A DNA stretch of 64,000 nucleotides from Ignavibacteriota bacterium (GCA_963801355.1 CAWDEM010000004.1:1536001-1600000), one strand, 5' to 3'; counted from the stretch's first letter, positions 20,048-30,858 are shown. Translations and numbers: made by a program. The notes: generated by a model not told the origin, from the letters alone.

Positions 20048-20242
20048 ATGATCGAAGTGACAAAAACAAAGGCGACGCATCGGGGGATCCGAATCACAGT
20101 TCTGTCCAATAGGACCGAGGGTGGGCTGATGTATTGCTGTACCAACGAAGCCAGCAAACCGAAGGCTACCTCGAAGTGGTTTTCGAAACAGGGCGAGGCA
20201 ATAGCCAACGAACGCTACGAAATTGACGCGGTGTTGCGGTAG
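20048..20242 (+). CDS. Small hypothetical protein (64 aa)
   Basis: AGGAG RBS 7 nt before ATG; fills an intergenic gap. Confidence 0.6.
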   Translation: MIEVTKTKATHRGIRITVLSNRTEGGLMYCCTNEASKPKATSKWFSKQGEAIANERYEIDAVLR

Positions 20243-20390
20243 GGGATAGGGACGTGCGAAGCATGCCTCACAAGCCCTGACCATGGTGCTGGTCGGGGCT
20301 TTGTGTTTCTCTCCTCCCCGTATCTGGCTGACTGCCGTTCTGCTTGGATGGTGCTGCAGAGAAATGATGAAGGTGGCAAAAGGGGCAAAG

Positions 20391-21263
20391 ATGAAGAACA
20401 TTGTGTACGCCATGTTCAGTCCAGGCCTGTTCAGCCAGGAGATCACCTACTCACTCCATAGTGTCTACCGGTATCTTCCGCCGGAACGCTCCGACTATCG
20501 CTTCATCATCTTCTGCCCCGCACCTCACGAGTTCGATGGCCTCCGGGCAGACGTTCAACAATACGATCCGCGTCAACTTCGGGAATGGGCGGGTTCGCAC
20601 AATTTCCGCTGGCGAATCAAGCTGAAGACTCTCGAACACATCTTGCAGAAATACGGAGAGCCTGTGGTCTTGCTGGACGGTGACACATACTTCCGTAAGT
20701 CGCCTGACCGGCTCTTCGAGCGCATTCGCCCCGGTGAGGCAGTCCTTCACATGCGCGAAGGAAGAGTCTGTGACCTTGAGGACCAGATCCACCACGAGCT
20801 GACACGGCTGCTGTCGAGTGGGAACATCTGCGATCCACTCACGAAGAGTCGTGTTCTCCCGACGAACGCGATGTGGAACGCCGGCGTTGTCGGCTTGCAC
20901 CCCGCCGATCTGCCTGTGTTGAAAAACGTTATCGCACTGACCGACCGGATCGTTGCAGAGGAGCCGGTAATTACCGCCGAACAATTTGCGCTGTCTTACT
21001 GCCTGGCCAGGCAGACGAAGCTCCGGGCGAGCGACGATCTGGTGTTCCACTACTGGGCCATGCAATACCGCCGGCCATTCCGCGCTGTGATGGCTGAACT
21101 CCTCCCGGGTACTGCCGGTTTGCCGGAAGCAGAACGTGTAGAGCGGCTCTATGCTGTGCGGCCGCGGGCCAGCATTGCCAAAAGGGGGTTGAACAAGGTC
21201 TTGCACCTATTGGATAGCATTGGGATCAGAATCAAATCCGAAAGTACGAGGCAGAGTGGTTGA
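20391..21263 (+). CDS. Putative GT-A fold nucleotide-sugar transferase
   Basis: LLDGDTYF (DxD), MWNAGVVG, EQFALSY, VFHYW; start chosen at MKNIVY. Confidence 0.7.
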   Translation: MKNIVYAMFSPGLFSQEITYSLHSVYRYLPPERSDYRFIIFCPAPHEFDGLRADVQQYDPRQLREWAGSHNFRWRIKLKTLEHILQKYGEPVVLLDGDTYFRKSPDRLFERIRPGEAVLHMREGRVCDLEDQIHHELTRLLSSGNICDPLTKSRVLPTNAMWNAGVVGLHPADLPVLKNVIALTDRIVAEEPVITAEQFALSYCLARQTKLRASDDLVFHYWAMQYRRPFRAVMAELLPGTAGLPEAERVERLYAVRPRASIAKRGLNKVLHLLDSIGIRIKSESTRQSG

Positions 21264-21455
21264 TTGTTCCTGTGTGCTGCCCTGCGAAGAGGGCTCACTT
21301 CACGCCTTCGCCCATGCACAGGAACCTGTATTTGCCCCCCTCAGCACTACACTTGTTTCCCGGTATTTCGTTTCGTTGACAAGTCTTCTCGATTTGCGTA
21401 CCATGGATTGCGTTACGCGTCTGGCGGCATCCACACTTCTCGGGGAAGCACACCC

Positions 21456-23333
21456 ATGCACCTCCTTTGTTTCATCGCCGGCTTTGAGCGACTCTCCGCC
21501 GAAACAACACTCAATCGTATTCGTCGTGTTCTGTCGGGAATCGTTCCGCAGTTTCCACTTCCCCTCGGGATCACCACTGGCATCCTCCCTGAAATCCAGG
21601 GTGGGTGGCTCTTCCAGGCGCCATCGACACCAGACCTGCGCCAGCGTTTAGGAACCGACATCACAGACGATCTGGCCGTTCTTTTCTACGGCGAGCTGTT
21701 CGGAGGAGATGATCATCGCGCTGCGCGCACTGTCGCGGAAGCTTGGGCTGCGGGCGGCCCCAACGCAGTTCGCGACCTTGACGGGTGTTTCTCGGCAATT
21801 GTGGTTGAGCGGGCCGCGCGGCGGTGTACTATCGTGTCGGATCTCCTGGGAAGACGAACACTCCGCTACGTGGAAATCGACGGGTCTCTCGTGGTGTCCA
21901 CACACGATGTGGCCATCGTGGGCACGGGCCTCATTCACCCCTCGGTGAACATTCGTGCCGTAAAATCCGCAGCTGCCATGGGATGGGCCCTGGGAGGCAC
22001 GCCATTGTTGGATGCGGCCAGAATATGCGAACCTGAATGTATTCTCCAATACCAAGACCGGGTCGTTTCAGCCCACCGGGAGCCGCGGCTGACCACTCTG
22101 CGACCATCAGCTAAGGAAACGAAGAAGTCCGATCAGGCGGTGATGACCGCTATGATGGACCATTTCAAGAAACTTATCTCTGCGGTCGCCGGCACCACCG
22201 GCGATGTGAAGTGTGATCTGACCGCAGGAATGGATACACGGTTTGTGCTGGCTCTCGTCCTGTCAGCGGTGAAGAAAGAGAGGATTGTCGCTGGCACTGA
22301 GGGACAACGCGGTGACCTCGATGTCGTCGTGGCCCAACGGATTGCCAGATCTGCCGGAATCCGCCACGTGCTTGACGTCCATGCAGTGCCGGAGCCCTCG
22401 AAGTTCTTGAGAAGCCTGGACATCCTGGCCTTCACGATGAACGGTGACACAGACGGGAAGCGCGCGATGACAAATCTCTTTGAGCGGGCTGAGTTTGTGG
22501 ATCCTGCTCCGAGGTTCTATGGGGTGGCGTCGGAGTTTTTCAGGGGCGGATGCTATCCCATGGGAAAGAACAAGAAAACGCTTCTGGCGATGACGTATGA
22601 CGATGTCACCAAGTTGAACATCAAAACCTGGACGAGAATCGACAGCCTTCCCTGGAAGGACAAAGAGAGCCGAATTGAAGTTCTTTCCTTCCTTAAGGAG
22701 CGGGAGGATTACTGCAAGGAATTCTGTCGAAAACCGGTGGATCTTGTTGACATCTTCTATCTCTTTGAGCGTGTTGGGCGGTGGGGCTCGTTCTCAGCGA
22801 GGGCAACATGGTGGGCTCAGTACTTCACACCTTTTTGCAGTCCGACCCTGATCAAGCTGGCAGTGCAGCTTGCGCCGCCATTGGGATACGCCGCCAGGTT
22901 CCACCGCAGAGTGATTCGCCAATACCTGCCGGGCGGTTACTACAACTCGTTGGTGAACGGATCGTGGTTTCTGCCTCTCTTCGGATACCCACGGGTGGCG
23001 AGCAAGATCGGTGAAACCGCAGTGGCTCTTCGCTCCATGAAGAGTGCTGCAACACGAGCACTCGGGATCTCGCGAAAGCGAGAGCTGGGAGAACAGGATC
23101 TCTGGTCGGCACAACAGATGGGGTCTACAATCCGGTCCACGGCTCGGACATTACTCTTGTCCTCGGAGAGTATTTCCTCACGCTTGTTCAAGGCCGAAGA
23201 TATCGAAATGATGCTCTCGACTCTGGAGAGCAGCGACAAATTCCTTGCGCAGGTTGGGACATTGCTTACCATCGAACGATGGCGGGACCAGATGGAGCGG
23301 GCCTGGCGGCTTGCACAGGGTGAGCGTACGTAG
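21456..23333 (+). CDS. Asparagine synthase-related protein (degenerate GATase-like N-terminus + PP-loop domain), probably glycan modification
   Basis: LDGCFSAIVV…SDLLGRRTLRY (AsnB-like), LTAGMDTR PP-loop, YFTPFC; no N-terminal Cys. Confidence 0.75.
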   Translation: MHLLCFIAGFERLSAETTLNRIRRVLSGIVPQFPLPLGITTGILPEIQGGWLFQAPSTPDLRQRLGTDITDDLAVLFYGELFGGDDHRAARTVAEAWAAGGPNAVRDLDGCFSAIVVERAARRCTIVSDLLGRRTLRYVEIDGSLVVSTHDVAIVGTGLIHPSVNIRAVKSAAAMGWALGGTPLLDAARICEPECILQYQDRVVSAHREPRLTTLRPSAKETKKSDQAVMTAMMDHFKKLISAVAGTTGDVKCDLTAGMDTRFVLALVLSAVKKERIVAGTEGQRGDLDVVVAQRIARSAGIRHVLDVHAVPEPSKFLRSLDILAFTMNGDTDGKRAMTNLFERAEFVDPAPRFYGVASEFFRGGCYPMGKNKKTLLAMTYDDVTKLNIKTWTRIDSLPWKDKESRIEVLSFLKEREDYCKEFCRKPVDLVDIFYLFERVGRWGSFSARATWWAQYFTPFCSPTLIKLAVQLAPPLGYAARFHRRVIRQYLPGGYYNSLVNGSWFLPLFGYPRVASKIGETAVALRSMKSAATRALGISRKRELGEQDLWSAQQMGSTIRSTARTLLLSSESISSRLFKAEDIEMMLSTLESSDKFLAQVGTLLTIERWRDQMERAWRLAQGERT

Positions 23334-23346
23334 CGTAAAGCGAGGA

Positions 23347-24396
23347 CTAACTCCCGTTGTAGATGGCAGCTGTTTTCACTCCAATGCTGTCCCAATCAAG
23401 CAGTTTGGCTCTTTCGAAATTGGCGCGGCCCATCGACGGTAGCTCATCAAACCGTTCCATCGCTGCCCGCATCGCATTCGGCAATCCATCTGAGGCCTCC
23501 GGATCATACAAAATTGCACCCGAGGCATCTACATAATCAGGGATGGCGCCCGTCTTCGGGGCAACAATTGCCCTGGAAAAAGACATCGCCAGGATGAGGC
23601 TTGCTGACGTAAAAATCCTCTGAAACGGCAGAATCATCACATCGGCCGCATTCAAATACAGCTGAAGGTCGTTATCGGGCACAAACGTCAGCACGCATCG
23701 TATCCTCGGGTCAGGCGCACAATCGCGCTGGAGTTCCTGAGCAAAAGCATCGGTGATAGGCTTCCCTACGATCAGCAGTCGTGCAGACGGATCCTCCATG
23801 ATCTTGAATAGAGCTACGCACTCCTGAAGTCCTTTGTAGGGTCTCACATGCCCGAGCGAAAGGAAAATCCTGTCTCCGGAGTTGAAACCAAGTCGCATGC
23901 GCGCTTCGTCTCGGGACACGCTATTGTCATAGATCCCGATCAGATGTCCAATGGGGATTACCGTGACTTTCCTTCGCCCGATACCATGATACGCACGAAG
24001 GAATTGCTCTTTGCATGAGTCGGAATGAACGATGACCCCTTTGGCGAGGGTGATCAGGAATACACCAAACAACAGTTCGCTCTTGCGGTAGCGGCTGTCA
24101 TGACTGACCAGGTTGTGTACTGTCCAGACGATAGAAATGCCACGCATGCGTACCAAGAAGAGACGGCCCAGCGATTTGAAGAAGCTCAAGTAGAAACGAA
24201 CGTTGCCAGAGGTGTCAAAGAATTGCTTTGTCCAGTGAACATGCAGGACATCCAATTCTCTGTGTCTCGAAAGGATGTCCTTCAGGAGGAAATTGTAGGC
24301 AAGCGTGACATGAGCGCCGGTTTTCTCCAGGGCATTCTTCAGCAGAGGTTGATACGGAATAGCCACGGAATAGTTCGGAATGAAGAGGACCTTCAT
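23347..24396 (-). CDS. Glycosyltransferase family 4
   Basis: HVHWT, WTVHN, LGHVRPYKG, YLNAADVMILPF…SASLILAMSF. Confidence 0.92.
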   Translation of the reverse strand: MKVLFIPNYSVAIPYQPLLKNALEKTGAHVTLAYNFLLKDILSRHRELDVLHVHWTKQFFDTSGNVRFYLSFFKSLGRLFLVRMRGISIVWTVHNLVSHDSRYRKSELLFGVFLITLAKGVIVHSDSCKEQFLRAYHGIGRRKVTVIPIGHLIGIYDNSVSRDEARMRLGFNSGDRIFLSLGHVRPYKGLQECVALFKIMEDPSARLLIVGKPITDAFAQELQRDCAPDPRIRCVLTFVPDNDLQLYLNAADVMILPFQRIFTSASLILAMSFSRAIVAPKTGAIPDYVDASGAILYDPEASDGLPNAMRAAMERFDELPSMGRANFERAKLLDWDSIGVKTAAIYNGS

Positions 24397-25475
24397 AGTT
24401 TCTCCCTTCTTTTTCCCGGGCGGGACCCGATTTCGTCATAGATGGCGACTGTCCTCAATCCGATAGTGTCCCAATCAAGTTTTCTTGCCTTCTCGAAATT
24501 GGCATGACCCATCAGAGGTAGCTCACCAAACCGCTCTAATGTTGCCCGCATCGCTTTCGCTAATCCGTCCGGGACATCCGGATCATACAGCAATGCACCC
24601 GATGCATCGACATAATCGGGGATAGCGCCCTTCTTGGGGGCAATAACGGCCTTGGAAAAGGACATTCCGAGTATGAGGCTTCCTGACGTGAAGATATTCT
24701 GGAAGGGGAATATCATCACGTCGGCTGCATTCAAATACACCTGGAGATCGTGGTCATCGACAAAAGTGAGCACGCATCGTAGCCTCGGATCCGACGCACA
24801 ATGACGTCGGAGCTCATCAGCAAAGTGCTCGGTGATAGGTTTTCCTACGACCAGGAGTCGTGCGGATGGATCGTCGAGTGACTTGAACGAATGTATACAC
24901 GCCTGTAGCCCTTTGTACGGTCTCACATTCCCGAGCGAAAGGAACACCTTGTCGTGTGAGTTGAGACCGAGTCGCTGGCGGGCATCTTCTCGCGCAATGC
25001 TGTCATCATACACTCCGATGTAGTTTCCGTGAGGAACGACAGCGACCTTCTCCCGCCCCATCCCATGATATTCCTCAAGAAACTGTTTCTTGCACATCGC
25101 GGAATGAACGATGAGTCTCCTGGCAATCGCGATAAGAAATACACTGAACAGATATTCACTCCTGCGGTGCCGGCTATCATGACTGACCAGATTATGAACC
25201 GTCCATACGATAGGAATCCCACTCGCGCGAAATATGAAAAGGCGAGCCATTGATGCAAAGAAAGATACGTAGAAACGCCAAAAGCTTGAAGCGTCAAAAA
25301 ACTGCTGTGTCCAGTGAATGTGCAAGACATCCAGTTCTCTCCGTTGTGAAGAGAAGTCCTTCAGCGAAAGACTCCTTGCCAGTGTAATCTGCGCGCCGGT
25401 TTTCTCCAGAGCTCTTTTCAGCAACAATTGATACGGATTCGTCTTTGAATAATTCGGGATAAACAAGACATTCAT
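24393..25475 (-). CDS. Glycosyltransferase family 4 (tandem paralogue of 23347-24396)
   Basis: Same motifs, high identity along the whole length; ATGA overlap coupling. Confidence 0.92.
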   Translation of the reverse strand: MNVLFIPNYSKTNPYQLLLKRALEKTGAQITLARSLSLKDFSSQRRELDVLHIHWTQQFFDASSFWRFYVSFFASMARLFIFRASGIPIVWTVHNLVSHDSRHRRSEYLFSVFLIAIARRLIVHSAMCKKQFLEEYHGMGREKVAVVPHGNYIGVYDDSIAREDARQRLGLNSHDKVFLSLGNVRPYKGLQACIHSFKSLDDPSARLLVVGKPITEHFADELRRHCASDPRLRCVLTFVDDHDLQVYLNAADVMIFPFQNIFTSGSLILGMSFSKAVIAPKKGAIPDYVDASGALLYDPDVPDGLAKAMRATLERFGELPLMGHANFEKARKLDWDTIGLRTVAIYDEIGSRPGKRREKL

Positions 25476-26353
25476 GAACGGAGAAACCTCTTGAGTTCAT
25501 TCCACAGGGCGTAACGGTACAGTGTAAGATAGTACCACATGGAAACGTAGCAGGCGGCTTCCTCCATAATGGGAAGTCGCGCCCGCCGGATACACGGAAA
25601 GTGTGCCGCGAACCACATCCATTGCACAAAAGTATGCCGGTTGCGTTTCTCGGAGTCGAACCAACCATCCCGCTCTGCCGGATTGGGATGGGTTGAAAGC
25701 GAGTCCTGCTGGTGGTATCGGCGGAAAAAGAGCGCGTCGGGCAGTTGGTGGAAAGGCCCATGCAGCGCGAGTTCCGCAAGCAGTATCTTGTCGGATGCCG
25801 TGTAGGAACCGATGAGTCCGGTCCTCCGCAGAACCTCGGTGCGGACAACGCCCAGTACTGCATTGCATTGGCGGTTCAAGAAAGAGGACTCGAAAAACTG
25901 ACGCAATCTGAGCGAAGGACGGGCTGCAGTGACTTCGAGTGCATCTTCCGGCTTCCTCGACGATGGATTCCCCTGTCCATCGATCGGACGCGTAGTTGGA
26001 TAACACAGTATGACGGCTGGATGGGTTTCGAGATACCCCACGCACTGCGCAAGGAATGTCGGTGCGAGCAGATCGTCAGCCGCCATCCAGCGGAAGTACT
26101 TGCCGGCAGCCTCATGAACGAGACGATTGTAGTTGGGCGCCGCACCCTTGTTGACATCCGATGTCAGAATGCGGATACGCGGATCCCGGGAGGCATATTC
26201 CCGGCAGATGGGGAGCGTGGCATCGGTGGATGCATTATCACCGATAAGAAGCTCGAAGTCAGTGTAGGTTTGCTGAAGAATCGACTCCAGTGTCTGACGG
26301 ATGAATTCCTCACCGTTGAACACCGGCAATCCGATCGTGACCGTTGGCGTCAT
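25472..26353 (-). CDS. Glycosyltransferase family 2
   Basis: IGLPVFNGE…DFELLIGDNASTD…WMAADD. Confidence 0.94.
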   Translation of the reverse strand: MTPTVTIGLPVFNGEEFIRQTLESILQQTYTDFELLIGDNASTDATLPICREYASRDPRIRILTSDVNKGAAPNYNRLVHEAAGKYFRWMAADDLLAPTFLAQCVGYLETHPAVILCYPTTRPIDGQGNPSSRKPEDALEVTAARPSLRLRQFFESSFLNRQCNAVLGVVRTEVLRRTGLIGSYTASDKILLAELALHGPFHQLPDALFFRRYHQQDSLSTHPNPAERDGWFDSEKRNRHTFVQWMWFAAHFPCIRRARLPIMEEAACYVSMWYYLTLYRYALWNELKRFLRS

Positions 26354-26588
26354 GAACTCTGCTCATTCAATCTACTGGCCGACCGTCTGAAAGTCAACTA
26401 TAGTCTCAAAATAGGAGCAAATCAGGCGAAATGCAATTTGACGATACGGAAACCGTCCTTCCGGGGACTAGCTACTCATTCATCCTTTCGACCGATTCAT
26501 TCCGAGGCTCTGTTCGGTATACTTCAGATGCAGATCAGCAGAGATCCTCTGGATTCAATCATTCAGCCAGACTGGAAAGGGTACTTCA

Positions 26589-26774
26589 GTGCTGCTCAAA
26601 ATCGAGGTAATTCTCGTCCTCCTGTGTCTCTTAGGACTCCTTACTTCCCATACTCTGAGCGGTTTCACCCACGTACTTCTGGTGCTCGGGATCATTGCCG
26701 TCTTGGTCAATGTCATTGGTAGCAGAACGGTGCCAGAGACCAAACAGTCGCCGTCCTTGCGAACGACAGTATAA
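26589..26774 (+). CDS. lmo0937-family small membrane protein
   Basis: ILVLLCLLGLLTSHTLSGFTHVLLVLGIIAVL resembles the family pattern (…LLGL…GG.IH.LLV.AII). Confidence 0.7.
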   Translation: MLLKIEVILVLLCLLGLLTSHTLSGFTHVLLVLGIIAVLVNVIGSRTVPETKQSPSLRTTV

Positions 26775-26967
26775 GGATGCGGGTGGAAGAGGGAAGGTTC
26801 CTCCTTGTTGTCGAGAGTGTGAGGGGGGATTATCGGCGGTGGTAGATGATGTGAGTAGCAGTTTTTCCAACTGCTAGCTGGAGAATAGGGTTGCAGGTTT
26901 CCGGTGCGCAAAGCGCGTGGCGGTTGATGTTCATAAGGGAAGAATTCCACCTTCGGGAGGAAACCGG

Positions 26968-27753
26968 ATGCTCTCCAGAATACTTATGATGTCGGTATGT
27001 ACACTCCTCGTCCTGTCCGGATGCACGCATTTTGTTGACGGTGCGCTGAGAAAAGATGTCACGGATGACGGAAGCATGGCACAGACCGGCACTGTACGGG
27101 CTGATGTCGATCAGGCCGACTCCATCTCTGCCGGCGCAGTGCAGGGAAATGGCGGGACGGACATCGACGATGACTCGATCGATCGGAGCACCGAGGCGTT
27201 TGTGGAGATGTACGGTCCAACCATCAAGCGGTACGCCGAACGGTATGGTCTGGATTGGCGTCTTGTGCTTGCGACCATGAAGCAGGAATCGGGGTTTTCG
27301 CCGACCGCGGTAAGTCATCGGGGGGCGACGGGGCTGATGCAGATCATGCCGGTCACAAGCGAAGAACTCTCCAGGATATTCAAGGTGGAGGACATTTCGC
27401 ACCCGAAAGACAACATCCGGGGAGGGGTGTACTATCTGCGCAAGCTGTACAATCTGTTTCCCGGGGCCGGCGAAGGCGATCGCATCCGGCTAGCGCTGGC
27501 GGCGTATAACGCGGGTATCGGGCGCATTTATGATGCACAGGAGCTGGCGGCACACCTTGATCAGGACCCGATGGCCTGGGAATCCGTCAAGAATGCGTTG
27601 CCCCTGTTATCGCGAGACAATCAGGAGTTGCACCGGACGGTGTGGTCCCAGGATCGCCCGAGGTGCGGGTGGTTCCGGAATCCGGGAGAGACGCTGAAGT
27701 ACGTGGAGAATGTGATGAACAATTATGACGAGTACCGGTTCATGTTCAACTGA
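26968..27753 (+). CDS. Lytic transglycosylase (SLT domain, MltF-like C-terminal region) lipoprotein
   Basis: LSGC lipobox; QESGF, GLMQIMP, ALAAYNAG, ETLKYV; GGGAGG RBS. Confidence 0.92.
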   Translation: MLSRILMMSVCTLLVLSGCTHFVDGALRKDVTDDGSMAQTGTVRADVDQADSISAGAVQGNGGTDIDDDSIDRSTEAFVEMYGPTIKRYAERYGLDWRLVLATMKQESGFSPTAVSHRGATGLMQIMPVTSEELSRIFKVEDISHPKDNIRGGVYYLRKLYNLFPGAGEGDRIRLALAAYNAGIGRIYDAQELAAHLDQDPMAWESVKNALPLLSRDNQELHRTVWSQDRPRCGWFRNPGETLKYVENVMNNYDEYRFMFN

Positions 27754-27786
27754 TGGACTCTTTTCACAAAAGTAAGGAGGCAGCCA

Positions 27787-27972
27787 ATGAACACGAACAG
27801 CACGAAAGGCAGCTGGAAGGAAATCAGCGGAAAACTCAAGCAACGATATGCCAACCTGACGGACGATGATGTACTCTTTGTGGAGGGCAAGGAGGAGGAA
27901 TTGTTGGGAAGACTTCAGAAGAAAATCGGGAAGAGCAAGGAAGAACTGCGAAAGGTGATCGCGAAGCTATGA
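27787..27972 (+). CDS. csbD: CsbD family general stress protein
   Basis: KGSWKEISGKLKQRYANLTDDD…EGKEEELLGRLQKK; AAGGAGG RBS. Confidence 0.92.
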   Translation: MNTNSTKGSWKEISGKLKQRYANLTDDDVLFVEGKEEELLGRLQKKIGKSKEELRKVIAKL

Positions 27973-28051
27973 CGAGCCGCCCGTTTGTTGCGAACGAAGG
28001 CAGGGGAGCCCGCTTCTGCGTTATGTTTGTCCACGAGTTAAGGAGGATAGT

Positions 28052-28516
28052 ATGAAAGCATCCAAGTTGGTCTTGATGATATGTGTGGCAATTGTTCTTA
28101 TCGCTGCCGCAAATACGTCTCAGTCTTACGCACAGGTGCGGGGTGATCTGCGGCTGGGTTATTTCACCAATGGGTCGGACGCTTCACTCGGTGCCGGGAT
28201 TATCGGAGGCATCGCACCGAATTTGTATCTCAACCCGATGGTCGAATATATCTTTGTCAGCGGGGCCACGAGTCTATTTTTCAGCGGCGATGGGCATTAT
28301 GATTTTCCCATCCGTGATGATGCGCACGTTTGGCTGGGCGGTGGTTTGGGTGTGATGTACATGAGCGTGAACAGTGTTTCTGAAACCAATGTCGGACTCA
28401 ATCTGCTGACCGGAGCCGCCTTAGGGACGCGTGAGTCAGTGTATCCCTATTTCCAGCTGAAGGGATTTTTCTCAAAGTCAACCAATGCACAGCTCGCAAT
28501 CGGGTTGAGATTCTGA
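28052..28516 (+). CDS. Small outer-membrane beta-barrel protein
   Basis: AAGGAGG RBS, signal peptide, beta strands, terminal GLRF. Confidence 0.85.
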   Translation: MKASKLVLMICVAIVLIAAANTSQSYAQVRGDLRLGYFTNGSDASLGAGIIGGIAPNLYLNPMVEYIFVSGATSLFFSGDGHYDFPIRDDAHVWLGGGLGVMYMSVNSVSETNVGLNLLTGAALGTRESVYPYFQLKGFFSKSTNAQLAIGLRF

Positions 28517-28676
28517 CCCACTTGTTGTTCGCGATTGGATGAAGGTAGAAGGAGCCTTTGCAGCAACCTCGAAGTTCAGGTTGCCCTTCACCTTGTGCCT
28601 CTTCTGAACGGCCACCCTGGAGATCGCGGCCAGCAAGAGTTGTGTTTCTATCCTTCCGGTATTACCTTACAGAGTA

Positions 28677-29711
28677 ATGAACATCCCTCGAGAACAGATT
28701 CACCGCATCCTCTGCATCAAGCCCCGCGGTATCGGTGACATCGTGTTGTCCACCATCATTCTGGACAGTCTTGCCGCGGCATTTCCATCCGCCGCCATCG
28801 ATTATCTCACAGAGCACTTTGCCATGGATGCGGTGAGGAATACGCCGCTGGTCAACGACGTCATCGGCATGAAAAGAAATGAGCCTGTGTGTCTCACGGC
28901 GTGGCGCGTCAGGAGACGTCGATATGATCTTGTCATCGACCTCTGGAGCAATCCGCGGAGCGCCCAGATCACGCGTCTTTCGGGTGCAGGCTACCGCGTC
29001 GGGTATGGATATCGTGGTCGGAAGTATGCGTACAACATCCTGGGAACCGGCGAACGGGGAGACCACCATTCGGCTGAGCACAACCTTGAACTGCTGAAGC
29101 CCCTCGACATCCCGGTTGTGTCGCGGCGGATCCACTTCTCGACCCTCCCTGAAGACGACACGGCTGCGAGGCAATGGCTCCTTTCGCGGTTTGGCCAACG
29201 CCCGGTGATCGGGATTGTCCCCTCAGGCGGATGGCCATCGAAACGTTGCACGCCGGCAACGTGGATCGCCATGTGTCGGGGGCTGATGCAACGGTACCAC
29301 CCTGCGTTTCTCGTACTGTGGGGACCGGGCGATGAGAACGATGCGGCAGCCATCTGCAAGGGAGTCGGGCAGGACATCGAACTCGCGCCGCCGACATCGG
29401 TTCGTCTCATGGCAGCCTTTCTTAAAATGTGTACGCTGGTGATTGCCAACGATTCGGGACCGATGCATATCGCTGCAGCGCTCGATGTGCCTACCATCGG
29501 CATCTTTGGCCCGACGGACCCCCGGAAGCACGGCCCTCTCGGGCGAAACGCAGGCTATATCATCAAAACCGATCTGCATTGTTCCATGTGCAATAAGCTT
29601 GAATGTCCATACGGGCACGAATGCATGACACAGCTATCGACTCAAGCTCTGCTCACGAAAGCGGACGAGCTTGCTGGTTCTCGCCTCCGGATCGACTCTT
29701 TGACCGCCTGA
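28677..29711 (+). CDS. Glycosyltransferase family 9 (LPS heptosyltransferase-like)
   Basis: RGIGDIVL, NDSGPMHIAAAL, IFGPTDP. Confidence 0.93.
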   Translation: MNIPREQIHRILCIKPRGIGDIVLSTIILDSLAAAFPSAAIDYLTEHFAMDAVRNTPLVNDVIGMKRNEPVCLTAWRVRRRRYDLVIDLWSNPRSAQITRLSGAGYRVGYGYRGRKYAYNILGTGERGDHHSAEHNLELLKPLDIPVVSRRIHFSTLPEDDTAARQWLLSRFGQRPVIGIVPSGGWPSKRCTPATWIAMCRGLMQRYHPAFLVLWGPGDENDAAAICKGVGQDIELAPPTSVRLMAAFLKMCTLVIANDSGPMHIAAALDVPTIGIFGPTDPRKHGPLGRNAGYIIKTDLHCSMCNKLECPYGHECMTQLSTQALLTKADELAGSRLRIDSLTA

Positions 29712-29713
29712 GT

Positions 29714-30703
29714 ATGGAAACTGCCAGGAACTTGGAAACGGTCAAGCGCATCGCGCTCATCCGCGTCGGCAAGGTCGGCGATCTGATAGTCACCAATTTT
29801 GTTTTCCGCAAGATACGCGCCTCGTTTCCGGGCGCGACAATCATGCTCGTTACACTGCCGCGCAATCGCGAGCTTCTGCGCTACAATCACACCATGGACC
29901 ACGTGCGGTACTTTCACAAAGGCATTGATATTCTCCCACTGATTGTCCAGCTCCGCATGTTCAAGCCGGATCTCTTCCTCGATTTCAACGACAATAGTAG
30001 CAGCACGAGCACCCTCCTGGCGCGTTTCTGCGCCGCACCGGTGAAGGTAGGTTTTGCATTTCCGAAGACCAGGCCATACCTGACCCATCCCGTTGAATGC
30101 CCCGCAAAGGACAAGACTCACATCACAGAACGCCTGCGACGCATTCCCGAAGCCATAGGATTGACATTCACTCCGGAAGAGGTGATGCCCTCGATGGAGT
30201 TGGGGCGGCAGGAAGCGGAAGAGGTGTATCGCCGGCTCGAAGCAGTGGGGAGCCGAGGCCTTCGATTGGTATCCGTCAACCTTAGCGCGGGGCATCCGAG
30301 CCGCTACTGGCAAACCGGCAAGTGGTGTCAACTTCTCGCGGAGATCGCAGCGGCGAGTCCTGCCATTTTATTCATTCTCCTCACCGCACATGGTGAAGAG
30401 GCTCTGGCATCGGAGGTGACCAGAGGGTTGCCTTCACTCCGCTTCTTCTGCCCTGAGCGGTTGGGGTTCCATCATTTTGCAGCGTTCATCGCCCAGTCCA
30501 GCCTCCTTCTATCGCCGGACACATCGGCGATACATATTGCCGATGCCTTCCGGGTGCCTGTTATCGGCTTGTATCCCGCCGTGGAATGGAACTACAGAAG
30601 CTGGCGATCCGTTGGGACGGCATCCGTCGCGGTGCGTCCGGCGAAGGGCGATGTAGCTGACATAGAGGTTCATGAAGTGATGGAAGCATACCGTAGCCTT
30701 TAA
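29714..30703 (+). CDS. Glycosyltransferase family 9
   Basis: GKVGDLIV, SPDTSAIHIADAFRVPVIGLY; start 2 nt after the upstream stop. Confidence 0.9.
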   Translation: METARNLETVKRIALIRVGKVGDLIVTNFVFRKIRASFPGATIMLVTLPRNRELLRYNHTMDHVRYFHKGIDILPLIVQLRMFKPDLFLDFNDNSSSTSTLLARFCAAPVKVGFAFPKTRPYLTHPVECPAKDKTHITERLRRIPEAIGLTFTPEEVMPSMELGRQEAEEVYRRLEAVGSRGLRLVSVNLSAGHPSRYWQTGKWCQLLAEIAAASPAILFILLTAHGEEALASEVTRGLPSLRFFCPERLGFHHFAAFIAQSSLLLSPDTSAIHIADAFRVPVIGLYPAVEWNYRSWRSVGTASVAVRPAKGDVADIEVHEVMEAYRSL

Positions 30704-30858
30704 AGCAGCGAATGCAAAAGTTTCGCAGTAGATTAAACAAAATGCTCCCGTTTCGCGCTACGGATGCCCCTGGAAAAGCAGATTTGACGGAACATTGAGT
30801 GGCACAGGATGTGTAAGTGCAGTAGGGAAGTAGCTTGCCGGAGAAGGAGGGCCAGTCA

